Of a stretch of DNA of 64,000 bases, positions 1 through 9,968 are shown in pieces. The position numbers were made by a program, and so were the translations under genes. The notes under the pieces were generated by a model that was not told the origin of the DNA, ran no database searches, and saw only the letters and a program-made list of their open reading frames with translations. Source of the stretch: a virus (Duplodnaviria; Caudoviricetes); the IMG/VR virus record IMGVR_UViG_3300027374_000001. One strand, given 5' to 3'. Position 1 is the stretch's first letter, and each line of letters opens with the position of its first letter.

Positions 1-19
1 AAAAAAAGGAAAAAAAAAA

Positions 20-444
20 ATGAGTAGAGGAATAATCACCCCCCCCCCCAGATAAAAACTAAAATATCTGACAATGTTACTATGGTCATGTTAACGGATT
101 ATATTGAGCTAGAATCTAGAACTATTGAAGTTGAGTTTTACAACTCAATATTTGATTATGACGCTATTGGGATTAATATAAACGATTACAGTTCATATCC
201 ACAAATAATATCATCGGTGGTTAACGGTTATAATCCGATGCTTAAACAATTTGTTATGTTTGGATTGCTAGAGAGTGTAAATAATGGCGGAATTGATAAT
301 CCAATAGTATTCAGCATGGAAGATAGTAATAACGACACGACTGGTAAAAAATGGAGTTTATCAAAACGATCCTTCTTATTATTAACTGATGGAACCTATG
401 CTGATATTAGTGTAATCTGTTTTGTTGGTTTGAGATATAATTAG
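20..444 (+). CDS. Small tail-module protein (putative receptor-binding domain), frameshifted at a C11 tract
   Basis: ATG at 20 reads MSRGIITPPPR* through C11 (39-49). One extra C joins it to the open frame of ORF 82..444 (141 aa). Shares S-I-x-D/N-Y/F and C-terminal G-x-K/R patterns with 6025..6470 and 16621..17044. Lies at the window edge, so base quality is uncertain. Confidence 0.55.
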
Positions 445-463
445 CTTAAAATTAGCATCCCTA

Positions 464-475
464 AACATCATATTA
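464..475 (+). promoter_or_regulatory. Late-type phage promoter AACA-N6-TA(A)
   Basis: AACATCATATTAA upstream of 505. The motif recurs at 16 sites upstream of transcription units and matches the AR9 late consensus AACA-6N-TA. Confidence 0.7.
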
Positions 476-504
476 ATTTAGTGATAGAAAGGAGTTTACG
501 TATA

Positions 505-2343
505 ATGGCGATTGGAACTACGTTAGACAAAGACCAACTTAATCTTTTGGCTATAACAGATCTTTTGCATGAGTCTCACCTTGAAGATTCTGATATACTG
601 TTGTTTCAGGATGAAGAGAATACTAAGCGTATAACTTTCCGAGAGTTTAGGGATGCTTTGATAACAGATAAAGATAACCCGTCCGAGCATAAGTTATTTT
701 CATCTTTTCATATTAATTCTCTTCTCCAAGAATATGAAAACGTATTGGAGAGAGATTTTGGACAATTATCCGGGGAAATCAAAAGCATAAAAGAGAATTA
801 CAGTAATACGGAACAGGTTAGAGAAATGCTCAATGAGTTTGCAAAGACCGTTCCTGACCTATCTGAAACTAATAATATTAAGGAAGCATTAGATGCGAAA
901 AGGGATATACAGATTCCTATTACTGGGGCTGATATTGCTACTGGTTCAGATGAAGACAAGATTCAACCTGAGAATCTTTCCTATAAAGTAATATCTATGA
1001 TGGTAGGAACAACACCAATAGATATAGCTACAGTACCAGAGGGAGGATGGAATCAAGAGGATATAGCTCCAAAGGCAATCAACGCATCAAAACTTTCCAG
1101 ACAATATAGATTCCGTGGGCATTTTCCCGAGGGAAATATTAATCTTTTCGTAGATGATGGTCTCTATTTGTTAGGAGCAACAGTAGAAGGATTACCAACT
1201 GTAGAAGATGACGATGAGCCGGAACCGAGATTACTTGAAGTTCTTAACTTTGGCCCAAATAATAATATAATCCAAAGGATTTATTATGTGGATGATAAGG
1301 GAGAGGATACAAGACCCTATTTTGAAAGGAAATGCTTATTAAGCAGAATAGCAGTTACAAAATTCGGTAAAGTGTATCCTATAACAGAAAGTTTCAGAAT
1401 CACCAGAGAAATGATTAATGATGCTTTCCTAAATGCCGGGGAGCCGGAAATAACTGATGTATTTGATTTAGTTATTGATAATGACTATCACGTAAAAAGA
1501 GGAACAAAGAATCTTCCGAATGATCAATACGATTTTACCGTATCTGTAAGAAATTACGGAGAAAGAATAGAATATCAAGCTAAATCTATTACATTAGATA
1601 GGTGTGAGATATTTATATGCAATGCATATTATAATTCTTCTCGTCAGAGAGTCCATACAGAATGGTATAATGTTTCATCTACAAAATTGTCTAGATTAGA
1701 AGGTAAGAGGGTTCATCTTTTCGGAGATGGAGTATGTTTTGGTCTTGGTAGTACAGATATACCCTCTAAATCATGGCCAGCATTGCTATCATCCAGATAT
1801 GGAGTTTATATAAATAACCATGCCTTAGGAGATGCAACATTTGGTCATTATGAGGATGAAGTATTAGCGGAGCGGTCAGTGATTCAACAGATAGAAACAG
1901 CAAGGGTTGACGATGCTGACATCGCAATCTTGTGGGCTGGTTCTAATGATTATAGAACAGTTTTATCCGTAATAGGAGATAATGATTCTAATAATGATAG
2001 GTCTTTTAAAGGTTCTATTAATCTTTGCATAAAGAAGTTATTAGAGAAAAAGCCAGACATAAAGATTTTATTAGTGACTCCTCTGTTTCGTGCTAGGTTA
2101 AATGCTGATGACATTCGCAACAGCGATGATACATTAGTTGGTGGAAGAACTTTAAAGGACTTTAGTAAGGCTATGATTGAAATATCTGAATATAATCATA
2201 TCCCATGTTTGGATCTACATTCTACTTCTATGATTAATAAGATGAATTTTACTGTTTATCTTAAGGATAGGCTGTATTTGAATGATACTGGTCATGATTT
2301 AATTGCTGATAAAATATTCAAAGCATTAGATTTCTATTGTTAA
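505..2343 (+). CDS. Tail/baseplate appendage protein with C-terminal SGNH/GDSL-like domain (catalytic residues substituted)
   Basis: AGGAG RBS before ATG 505. C-terminal blocks LFGDGVCFG, WAGSND, LLVTP and DRLYLNDTGH follow the SGNH pattern. N-terminal fibre-anchor motif present. Confidence 0.7.
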   Translation: MAIGTTLDKDQLNLLAITDLLHESHLEDSDILLFQDEENTKRITFREFRDALITDKDNPSEHKLFSSFHINSLLQEYENVLERDFGQLSGEIKSIKENYSNTEQVREMLNEFAKTVPDLSETNNIKEALDAKRDIQIPITGADIATGSDEDKIQPENLSYKVISMMVGTTPIDIATVPEGGWNQEDIAPKAINASKLSRQYRFRGHFPEGNINLFVDDGLYLLGATVEGLPTVEDDDEPEPRLLEVLNFGPNNNIIQRIYYVDDKGEDTRPYFERKCLLSRIAVTKFGKVYPITESFRITREMINDAFLNAGEPEITDVFDLVIDNDYHVKRGTKNLPNDQYDFTVSVRNYGERIEYQAKSITLDRCEIFICNAYYNSSRQRVHTEWYNVSSTKLSRLEGKRVHLFGDGVCFGLGSTDIPSKSWPALLSSRYGVYINNHALGDATFGHYEDEVLAERSVIQQIETARVDDADIAILWAGSNDYRTVLSVIGDNDSNNDRSFKGSINLCIKKLLEKKPDIKILLVTPLFRARLNADDIRNSDDTLVGGRTLKDFSKAMIEISEYNHIPCLDLHSTSMINKMNFTVYLKDRLYLNDTGHDLIADKIFKALDFYC

Positions 2344-2360
2344 AGAAAGGAGGCAATACT

Positions 2361-3974
2361 GTGGAAGAAGTAAAAATTATAGAATTGACTGAGAGAGATA
2401 CGGTTGATAGTAATCATTATGTCATAACGGAGACAGATGATGGTACAAGAAAAGTAAAAGCAAAGAATCTTCGTTCTTTAGCAGCAAAGTCTCTGTACTT
2501 TGACAGCGTTGAGGACATGAAAACTTCTGATAACCAACTGGTAGAGGGTGATATATGCACTACCTTAGGATATTATGAACCCGGAGACGGAGGGGGTTCA
2601 GTATATCATATTGAATACAACCCTGGAGTTGTTGAAGATAAAAGATATGTGCATTATTTATCTTATTCTGATACTTTAAGAGCGGTGATATTTTTAGATG
2701 ATACAGTAAATGTGCATCAATTCGGTGCATATGGAGACGGCTCTCATGATGATTCTGCTGCTATTCAAGCTGCAATAGATTCTGGAAAGAGAGTGCAGTT
2801 CAATCCTGATTGCAATTATGTGGTGAGGAAAGCCTTATCAGTCACAGAAGCTGGTACTACCCATATTGATGGTTATGGATGTACTATTACTCCTAAGTAT
2901 TGTGAGGCATTTGTAATTGGCAAATCTGGTGTGGCTAATAATTACTTAAAGATTTGCAATTTTGTTATTAATGCTATCGGTGCTGATCCTACTGCTATTA
3001 GTATATTGAACTGCAATGATGTGGTACTAGATAGAATAAAGTTTAATACTATTAGGACAAGAGCTATAACAGTTAAATGCTCTAGAGTGGTATTTACCAA
3101 TCTGTCTATGTACGGAGAGAAGAATATAACTCAATATGGAATTGTACTAGATTCTGTGAGTAAAGATTCTGATACTCCGGCGGGGTGTGAATACAATAAT
3201 GATGTATCTATTCGTGACATTACTGTTGTTGATGTAAGATACGGCATTTATGGATATAAGTGTCATACATCTGGCAAAGCTCATGTGTGTTCGATTGATA
3301 AAGTTAGAGTAGAGAGAACAGCATCTTCTGCAAATAATTATATACTTGCATATATACTGTGTAATATGGAATTGATATCTATTCGTGATTACACTGGTGT
3401 GAGAACAACTGATGCGAATAGATTATATAATGCATTGTATATTGGTGCTCAGACTTCTCAAGTTAGAGCATTTGTTGAGAATCTATTCTTATTTGGTAAG
3501 AGAACAATTGATTTGGCTTCTACTACCGGAGTAGTTACATTATCCGGAACAATAAGAAATCTTTTTGGTTCTTCTATTGCATCTGCGTCTTTGTTCGGGG
3601 ACCTTGCTGGCGAAGTATATTCTAACGTGTTATGGGATGAGAATATCGCTGCTAATCTGTTTACAGTAGCTGGAGACGCAACTGGTAGGTTATATGATTC
3701 TAACAGCCCTCTTATGTATACAGAGAGAACTAATAGCACGTCTAGAATCAATCTTACTAAAGATAAGAAAAATCAATGTTTAGATACAACGATTAATGTA
3801 ACTGGAATAGACGGAGGAATCGATGGCCAAATTATTGCTGTCAGGTCTTCTTCTAATAGATCTCTGATAAATGCGCAGCATAATATGGAGTTGGAAAGTG
3901 CTACAGTTACACTATCTCCGCATAAGTATGTATTGTTACAACGCAGAAGTGGTGTATGGCAACAAATTTCGTAA
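2361..3974 (+). CDS. Tail spike with pectate-lyase-like beta-helix (putative depolymerase)
   Basis: TLGYYEPGDGGGSVY and VNVHQFGAYGDGSHDDSAAIQAAID are typical tail-spike motifs, followed by beta-helix-like repeats. AGGAGG precedes GTG 2361. Confidence 0.8.
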   Translation: MEEVKIIELTERDTVDSNHYVITETDDGTRKVKAKNLRSLAAKSLYFDSVEDMKTSDNQLVEGDICTTLGYYEPGDGGGSVYHIEYNPGVVEDKRYVHYLSYSDTLRAVIFLDDTVNVHQFGAYGDGSHDDSAAIQAAIDSGKRVQFNPDCNYVVRKALSVTEAGTTHIDGYGCTITPKYCEAFVIGKSGVANNYLKICNFVINAIGADPTAISILNCNDVVLDRIKFNTIRTRAITVKCSRVVFTNLSMYGEKNITQYGIVLDSVSKDSDTPAGCEYNNDVSIRDITVVDVRYGIYGYKCHTSGKAHVCSIDKVRVERTASSANNYILAYILCNMELISIRDYTGVRTTDANRLYNALYIGAQTSQVRAFVENLFLFGKRTIDLASTTGVVTLSGTIRNLFGSSIASASLFGDLAGEVYSNVLWDENIAANLFTVAGDATGRLYDSNSPLMYTERTNSTSRINLTKDKKNQCLDTTINVTGIDGGIDGQIIAVRSSSNRSLINAQHNMELESATVTLSPHKYVLLQRRSGVWQQIS

Positions 3975-3989
3975 AGGAGGATATTATAA

Positions 3990-4415
3990 ATGCCTGATGT
4001 AAGAAATTTATCTACAGGTCAAACTCCATCACAAGTAGTATATGATGGTAAGTTAATTTATGAGCTGGTTAAAGTTCAAACCTTAAGAGATACAGACTTA
4101 TTTGCGATATCCACAACAGATAGCTTGACAAGAGCTGTATCTTTTAAACAAATAAAAACTTCAATTAGTAGCGATTATTATAGTATTACTGATATAGATA
4201 ATTTGCTAGATAGTATAAGAAGGCAAATTCAAAATCTTAATCAAGATATTTTTAATCTTCGTGCTGAAGTTAATGAAGATATAAGTGATTTACGAAACCT
4301 TATAAACACCACTAAAGTGGAATTGGAAAATATGATTAGAAACTGGATAAGCTACGGTAAAGAAATCCCAACCTCATTGAATACCGGTAGATTATACATC
4401 CAGTGGTTTGATTAG
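3990..4415 (+). CDS. Tail-fibre adaptor protein with coiled coil
   Basis: Anchor-type N-terminal motif, heptad coiled coil, and C-terminal GKEIPTSLNTGRLYIQ motif typical of fibre junctions. Confidence 0.55.
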   Translation: MPDVRNLSTGQTPSQVVYDGKLIYELVKVQTLRDTDLFAISTTDSLTRAVSFKQIKTSISSDYYSITDIDNLLDSIRRQIQNLNQDIFNLRAEVNEDISDLRNLINTTKVELENMIRNWISYGKEIPTSLNTGRLYIQWFD

Positions 4416-4429
4416 GGGTGGTGATTTAG

Positions 4430-6007
4430 ATGGCTGAAGAGGTTCGTTATCTAAATTTATATGGTAGGTGTACACATTGCGGATCTAAAGTAACATGGGT
4501 ATGGTTTGAAATTAAACTTTCTGTAAGTCCAAGTAGCGACAGAACACATTATGTACTAAAAATTAATGCAAGATCAAATGCCAGTGCAGCTGCTGGTTCC
4601 GGAGGTACTCCGTATCAGTGGAATGCCGATAATATCCCGATGACAGTATCATATATAGAGGAAATAAAAAATGCTAATGGTACTATTACTAAACAAACAC
4701 ATAGCATAGTTTTCAATATATCAGTAGAAGGATACTACAAGCCTGGGGGAGGGATATATGACTTAGACGGGCCATGGAACGAAAAGATACAATCACAGGC
4801 TATGCATACTGGAAAGGTTGGTAAAATAACCTTTACCAATATTTCGGTTGATCCTCCAATTGGGGGCGTGACAGGAAGTCTTAAATATGTATCTCATAAC
4901 GGTTATGTGACTGGGTTCATTCCAGATTCCAGCGACCCGGTGCTCGAAATCCCAACTAATAATATTCCATTAATACAGCCTCCAGTTTTAGGAAGCATAG
5001 CTAATAGTAATCCTTATACCAACCCATCCGATAACCAAGTTAAATCCGGAGTTTCAAAATCTATTAATTCTATCAGTTTAAGTTGGAAATTGTCCAGTGG
5101 AGATCCGCCTACCCGAATGTGGTATAGGCTTAATGGTGGCCGTTGGGTAGAAATAAGTACGATGTATAGTTGTACCATTACGGGGTTAACAGCAGGTACA
5201 TCTTATAAAGTGGAGATACAGGGACAAAATGAAGCTGGAAATAGTAATATCTTGACCATAAATGTGAGAACGAGAAATGCTCCTCCTGTTGTAGCGTTGA
5301 GGGTATCTTCTATCAATTTGGAACAAATAACTTTTACATGGAATTCCAATAAAGATTTAGCAAAGGCATTCTTTAGTATAGATGACGGAAGCTTTACAGA
5401 AATTTCTGGAGTTAGTGGGAAGTTGGGAACCTTTACTGCAAAATGGTTTAATCCAAATACCGAGCATACTATAAGATTTTATGGTATATCTACTGCTGCT
5501 TTAGATTATTTAACATCGTCTACTGTAAGTGCATCTGGAACTACGTTAGATAGATCACGTATTAAACCTGTAACTATGCAACCATTTGGATGTGAAATAA
5601 CTCTTGCATTTACTTGTAAATCATCATATCCATTAAAGCTTAAAATAACAGTTACTGGTAAAGAAAGCAGAAGTGCAACATTCTCTTATGACAATATACA
5701 AAGAACAGCAGAGAATGTAAGTTATACATGGAGACCAACACAAGCGGAGCTCGACAGTATATATAGATGCTACACTGATACCAATAAGGTAACGATGGAT
5801 TTTTGCCTTACTACACATGGAGAATGGAAAGATTGGGATGATACAAGCAATGGCCATGATCTTGTATTAACCGGAATAGCAAAAACGGCACATATAGGCG
5901 TCAACAAAGTTCAGAAGCGAGGACAGTGCTTTATTAGTATCGACGGAGAGCCAAAAAGAGCTGTTACGTGGATTGGAATAAATGGTGTACCCAAAAGAGG
6001 TATATAA
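4430..6007 (+). CDS. Fibronectin type III domain virion protein
   Basis: SISLSW...ITGLTAGTSYKVEIQGQNEAGNS is an FN3 signature, followed by a second FN3-like repeat. Confidence 0.7.
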   Translation: MAEEVRYLNLYGRCTHCGSKVTWVWFEIKLSVSPSSDRTHYVLKINARSNASAAAGSGGTPYQWNADNIPMTVSYIEEIKNANGTITKQTHSIVFNISVEGYYKPGGGIYDLDGPWNEKIQSQAMHTGKVGKITFTNISVDPPIGGVTGSLKYVSHNGYVTGFIPDSSDPVLEIPTNNIPLIQPPVLGSIANSNPYTNPSDNQVKSGVSKSINSISLSWKLSSGDPPTRMWYRLNGGRWVEISTMYSCTITGLTAGTSYKVEIQGQNEAGNSNILTINVRTRNAPPVVALRVSSINLEQITFTWNSNKDLAKAFFSIDDGSFTEISGVSGKLGTFTAKWFNPNTEHTIRFYGISTAALDYLTSSTVSASGTTLDRSRIKPVTMQPFGCEITLAFTCKSSYPLKLKITVTGKESRSATFSYDNIQRTAENVSYTWRPTQAELDSIYRCYTDTNKVTMDFCLTTHGEWKDWDDTSNGHDLVLTGIAKTAHIGVNKVQKRGQCFISIDGEPKRAVTWIGINGVPKRGI

Positions 6008-6024
6008 AGAAAGGAGAAAATAAA

Positions 6025-6470
6025 ATGAGCAATTTAGGAAATATGTCTACCGAATTATCGAACGGGGGGGGGTAGTTTTATTTGAGTCGGATTTTGATAA
6101 TGGGTTAGGCTTAACTAGTCAAATAAAACTTAATGATAATATAAATAATTTTGAATCAATAGTATTATATTTATACAACAGCACCGCAACTGTCGGTTAT
6201 AAACTTCAGTGTGTTCCGGGCTTGAACGTTAAAAAACCAAACAAATGTATAGCTTCCGGAATTGATTCTGTAATTTTAAACAACGGAACAGACAATTGTG
6301 CTATAGATTTATTTACTGTTGAGTTAACAATCGTGGGGTCAAACGATACTTTAGCGCGCGGTGCGCTATCTGTCTCGCGAGTATTGTTCAAATCCGATGG
6401 AACGTTTACAATAACTAAATACGATACTAGTGCATGGAGAGTATGTAAAGTAATAGGATATAAAAAATAG
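6025..6470 (+). CDS. Small tail-module protein, frameshifted at a G9 tract
   Basis: AAGGAG RBS. ATG 6025 reads MSNLGNMSTELSNGGG*. G10 gives ...GGGVVLFESDFDNGLGLTSQIKLNDNINNFESIVLY... continuing into ORF 6222..6470 (148 aa). Confidence 0.7.
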
Positions 6471-6489
6471 TATAAAGAGGTACAAGATT

Positions 6490-6949
6490 ATGAGTAAAGG
6501 AATAATCACCCCCTCCCCCAGATAAAAACAAACCAATTATCTTTCATGAAGTAATTATTAGTAAAGAAATTGAGATAAACGCAACCCAAGTTGCAACTTT
6601 ATCTATATCAACCGGTAATACATATAAGAAGTTACTTTTAGATAATGATCAGTTGCTTTATGGGTTATATATAGATTCTGATATTGAATATATTGATTAT
6701 GGCGGCAACGAAGAGCCAACGTGGAAAACTATTTATAGTGGTATTAATCTTTTTAGAAAGATTGGTACTTATGAATATTCCGTTGATAATATTCCATTTA
6801 TTGATTCGTACGCAGACAAATTCAATATATCATTTAGAGTTCAACAATCGGATATACGATTTTTATCTGAAAGATTTGAATGGCCAAGAGGTGCTTCATA
6901 CAAAATAAAAATAAATAGTTTTGGGCATTTAACCGCCGGAGGCGTATAA
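6490..6949 (+). CDS. Small tail-module protein, frameshifted at C5-T-C5
   Basis: ATG 6490 reads MSKGIITPSPR*. The +1 frame is open from 6506 through ORF 6653..6949, so loss of one C gives 152 aa. The 5' end is nearly identical to 20..59. Confidence 0.6.
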
Positions 6950-6973
6950 TAATAGATAAAGGAGGAATTAAAT

Positions 6974-8095
6974 ATGCATCTGGGAAATATTGACATAAAA
7001 GATTCTATTACATTCGAGCAAGCAACTCAATTAGCAAACGTTGAATCTGGAGATTCTATGAGTGTTGCACTTGGCAAACTATCTAAACTATATGCTACTT
7101 TAGAAAATACTATTCTAAATTCGGATTTGAAACCGAATTCTATTTTACAGACAAATAATACTGGAAAAATCAGTAGTTCAGATATATCAAAAGATTTATT
7201 AAAGAATCTTAAAATGGTTCAATTTGGACCAGACGAGACAAAAACTACATTATTCACAAATGCACAATTCGGCATCACACCAATTAGTACAAACGAAAGT
7301 ACTCCATATCAAGAATTACCAAGTGGTGCACCGGAATGGAAATACGCTACAGGAATGATACTTAAAAGAACAAATGAAATCGGTGATATTGTTTTATACA
7401 GTTATCTATCTGGAAAAGTTGGGATTGTATCTACTGGAAACTCGGGGCAAACGTGGAGTGAATGGAATATTGATAAGGAAGACATTACTGAATTACAATT
7501 AGCATTAAACCCCAGTAATTTCGATTTCAAATTGAAGAAATATATAGATAGAGAATGCAGTTCACACATAGAAGTTTTGCAGAAATATTGGAATGAAGCG
7601 TTTGAGAATGTCCCTGCAGCAGGAGGATATAGGGTTATTCTCACTCATTTTGGTACTAGTGATGTGGTGTGGACTTGTTTCTCATATCATAACAAATTAT
7701 ACGGGTATGCGTTGCGTTTTTCACATCCAAATGATGATTTCTCAATCCCTCAATTTTATACAATCAGAAATGGAACGTGGACAAAAAACGAATTGGTATT
7801 CAAGAGCAGTTTTCAAGACTTTGCTATTATAATTTCTTCTCATAATATAGTTCCCAGCTTGCCTGGTGGTATGATCAATACTGCAGATAACACTATAACC
7901 ATTCCTGCTGGGTACTATTATCTGTCCTATTTACCCCCTACGGTCGATCATGACCAAATACATGTATATAATATATTTATTAGTCATCCTAATGAAAATA
8001 CTATTGGCATTAGAACTAGTTTCTCCAATAGAGGAAATGCAGAAGCTAAGAATTTTACCATTACAGTTCCATTATTATTTTTAAAATCTATTTAG
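6974..8095 (+). CDS. Tail fibre protein
   Basis: NVESGDSMSVALGKLSK fibre motif, knob-like segments ending TWSEW and RNGTW, tail-module context. Confidence 0.65.
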   Translation: MHLGNIDIKDSITFEQATQLANVESGDSMSVALGKLSKLYATLENTILNSDLKPNSILQTNNTGKISSSDISKDLLKNLKMVQFGPDETKTTLFTNAQFGITPISTNESTPYQELPSGAPEWKYATGMILKRTNEIGDIVLYSYLSGKVGIVSTGNSGQTWSEWNIDKEDITELQLALNPSNFDFKLKKYIDRECSSHIEVLQKYWNEAFENVPAAGGYRVILTHFGTSDVVWTCFSYHNKLYGYALRFSHPNDDFSIPQFYTIRNGTWTKNELVFKSSFQDFAIIISSHNIVPSLPGGMINTADNTITIPAGYYYLSYLPPTVDHDQIHVYNIFISHPNENTIGIRTSFSNRGNAEAKNFTITVPLLFLKSI

Positions 8096-8104
8096 ATTAA
8101 GAAT

Positions 8105-8137
8105 AGCCGTACAGCATAAAGCTGTACGGTTTTCTTT
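8105..8137 (+). terminator. Intrinsic terminator
   Basis: AGCCGTACAGC-ataaa-GCTGTACGGTT followed by a T run. Confidence 0.8.
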
Positions 8138-8151
8138 GTCGTTATAGGTGA

Positions 8152-8163
8152 AACATCATATTA
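8152..8163 (+). promoter_or_regulatory. Late-type promoter AACA-N6-TA(A)
   Basis: AACATCATATTAA, identical to 464..476, directly after a terminator. Confidence 0.7.
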
Positions 8164-8190
8164 ATTAACCCAAGAAAGGAGTTTAGAGTC

Positions 8191-8562
8191 ATGGCTGATG
8201 ATTTAAGTGGAAAGTCTTTATTAGACGTAAAGGATATAAATGACCTTGAAGAGATAGGAAAAGTTCAAGGTAAAAATTATCTACTCATAGTACAAAATGA
8301 AAAATCTAAAAGAGTAACATTAGATACTATTGCTGGATATATGGCCGCGGTTATTAATGTAGTACCAGGTTCAGTTGGGACTTTATTCAGCAATGAAGGC
8401 GGGAATGTATTAGTAATACCGAAAGGTGAATCCATTCCTGTAAATAGGAGAGTTCCTGGAAACTTTTACATAGAGGAATGTGACCAAGTATCTATTAGAT
8501 CTCAGATAAATCTACCCATTTCTGTTGGTATAAGCAGACAGTTAGGGCTAAAGAGAGTATAA
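8191..8562 (+). CDS. Virion appendage adaptor protein
   Basis: N-terminal motif shared with 505, 2361 and 3990 (INDLEEIGKVQGKNYLLIVQNEKSKRVTL). Confidence 0.5.
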   Translation: MADDLSGKSLLDVKDINDLEEIGKVQGKNYLLIVQNEKSKRVTLDTIAGYMAAVINVVPGSVGTLFSNEGGNVLVIPKGESIPVNRRVPGNFYIEECDQVSIRSQINLPISVGISRQLGLKRV

Positions 8563-8576
8563 GGAGGTGAGTAAAA

Positions 8577-9968
8577 ATGGAATTAAGAGTAGCGGCATCT
8601 GAGCAGTTTAAGGTTAGTTCGTCTGGGCTTCCCACATATAGAGTGCAGTTTATAGAAACTGATTCATCTACTGGTCAGGAAACTGTTGTTTCTGATGTGG
8701 ATATAGTAACATCTGCTGACTGTGTTAGGTTTATTAATGAGAATCCCATTATTAAGTCTAAATTAGGATTTGCAGAGGGCGAATCTGTAGATACGGACTT
8801 ATATGAGTTTGTAAATAATGTACTTTATCCATATTATCCTCCAGAGATTAATCAGATTCTTAATACATCTGCAGATCCAGATTTCGGAGAGTATGTATCT
8901 GAAGACAATACAGATATAATAGTGTACAAACAAAAAGGAACCATGACCAAGGCAAATACATTTACACTTAGATTAAAGGCTGGGTCTGAAAAACTTACAA
9001 GATGTAGTTTTGTTCGTGTTCAGAATAATAAAACTGATATCATGGAAAATAAAATCCTTTCATTACAACCTGGAAAAGAAACCACGGTTTCATTTAGAAT
9101 TCCTGGATGTAATAATGACCTTATATATTATTTTGAGGTTTCTGATAATAAGAACGTAGTAACTTCTTATAAGATTACTTATGAATTCATCCTTCCGATT
9201 TATGTAGGATACGCAAAAGATGGATTATTAGAACCAGCTTTACCTAATGAAGAACTAAATGCATATCTTAATGGTCTTATTAAATTAAAAGACCGTGTAG
9301 ATACGAGACTGGTTCCCATTAATCAGGAACAGAAAGGATTTTTTGATATAGTAGCAGATAAAGATCAACTATGCCCGTTTATTATGGTTCCGTTAAGATG
9401 GAACTCTTTAATGTGTATTAAAGACATAAATGGAGTTGATATCACTAAGTTCTACGGGCATAATAGTTATGTAAAATTAGACACATTAAATAATAATGTG
9501 GATAAAGAAGGTTATGTGATATATGTAGCTAGAAAACCCATAGATACAAAAGCTAAAGTAAGATATCTTCGTGATATAACTTATACTTTTGCATATGACC
9601 TTGATTGGCATGACTTAACTTCTGAAGGAGAACAGTCTGAGGTGTTTACTGGGTTTGATGTGCTTACTACATCCCCTGTGGATTCCAGATTCACCGTAGA
9701 TAACTATGATGATCTTGCTTACATTAAACAGCCGTATGTGGGACTAATCACATTCGTTACTGATATTAATACTTATTATAAATATATGGGCAATAGAATA
9801 TGGGTTCCAACAAACACATCGGTTATGTTTTTTAATGGATTACCTTCTCCAACAATGGGAGGTAAGTTTGACATATCTATAGACATTGCAGAAGGAAATA
9901 TCTATCAAAAGACAAATTCAAATGTATGGGAACTTAAAGGGAATATAAGAACGGGGGTGACTCCATAA
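8577..9968 (+). CDS. Putative virion structural/fibre protein
   Basis: Long ORF with RBS. C-terminal PVDSRFTV and GLPSPTMGGKFDISID...GNIYQK...WELKGNI resemble fibre-junction motifs. Confidence 0.5.
   Translation: MELRVAASEQFKVSSSGLPTYRVQFIETDSSTGQETVVSDVDIVTSADCVRFINENPIIKSKLGFAEGESVDTDLYEFVNNVLYPYYPPEINQILNTSADPDFGEYVSEDNTDIIVYKQKGTMTKANTFTLRLKAGSEKLTRCSFVRVQNNKTDIMENKILSLQPGKETTVSFRIPGCNNDLIYYFEVSDNKNVVTSYKITYEFILPIYVGYAKDGLLEPALPNEELNAYLNGLIKLKDRVDTRLVPINQEQKGFFDIVADKDQLCPFIMVPLRWNSLMCIKDINGVDITKFYGHNSYVKLDTLNNNVDKEGYVIYVARKPIDTKAKVRYLRDITYTFAYDLDWHDLTSEGEQSEVFTGFDVLTTSPVDSRFTVDNYDDLAYIKQPYVGLITFVTDINTYYKYMGNRIWVPTNTSVMFFNGLPSPTMGGKFDISIDIAEGNIYQKTNSNVWELKGNIRTGVTP

Noticed and set aside
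1-19. A-rich run at the window start
   Set aside because: May be a low-quality contig edge; treated only as a possible RBS region.
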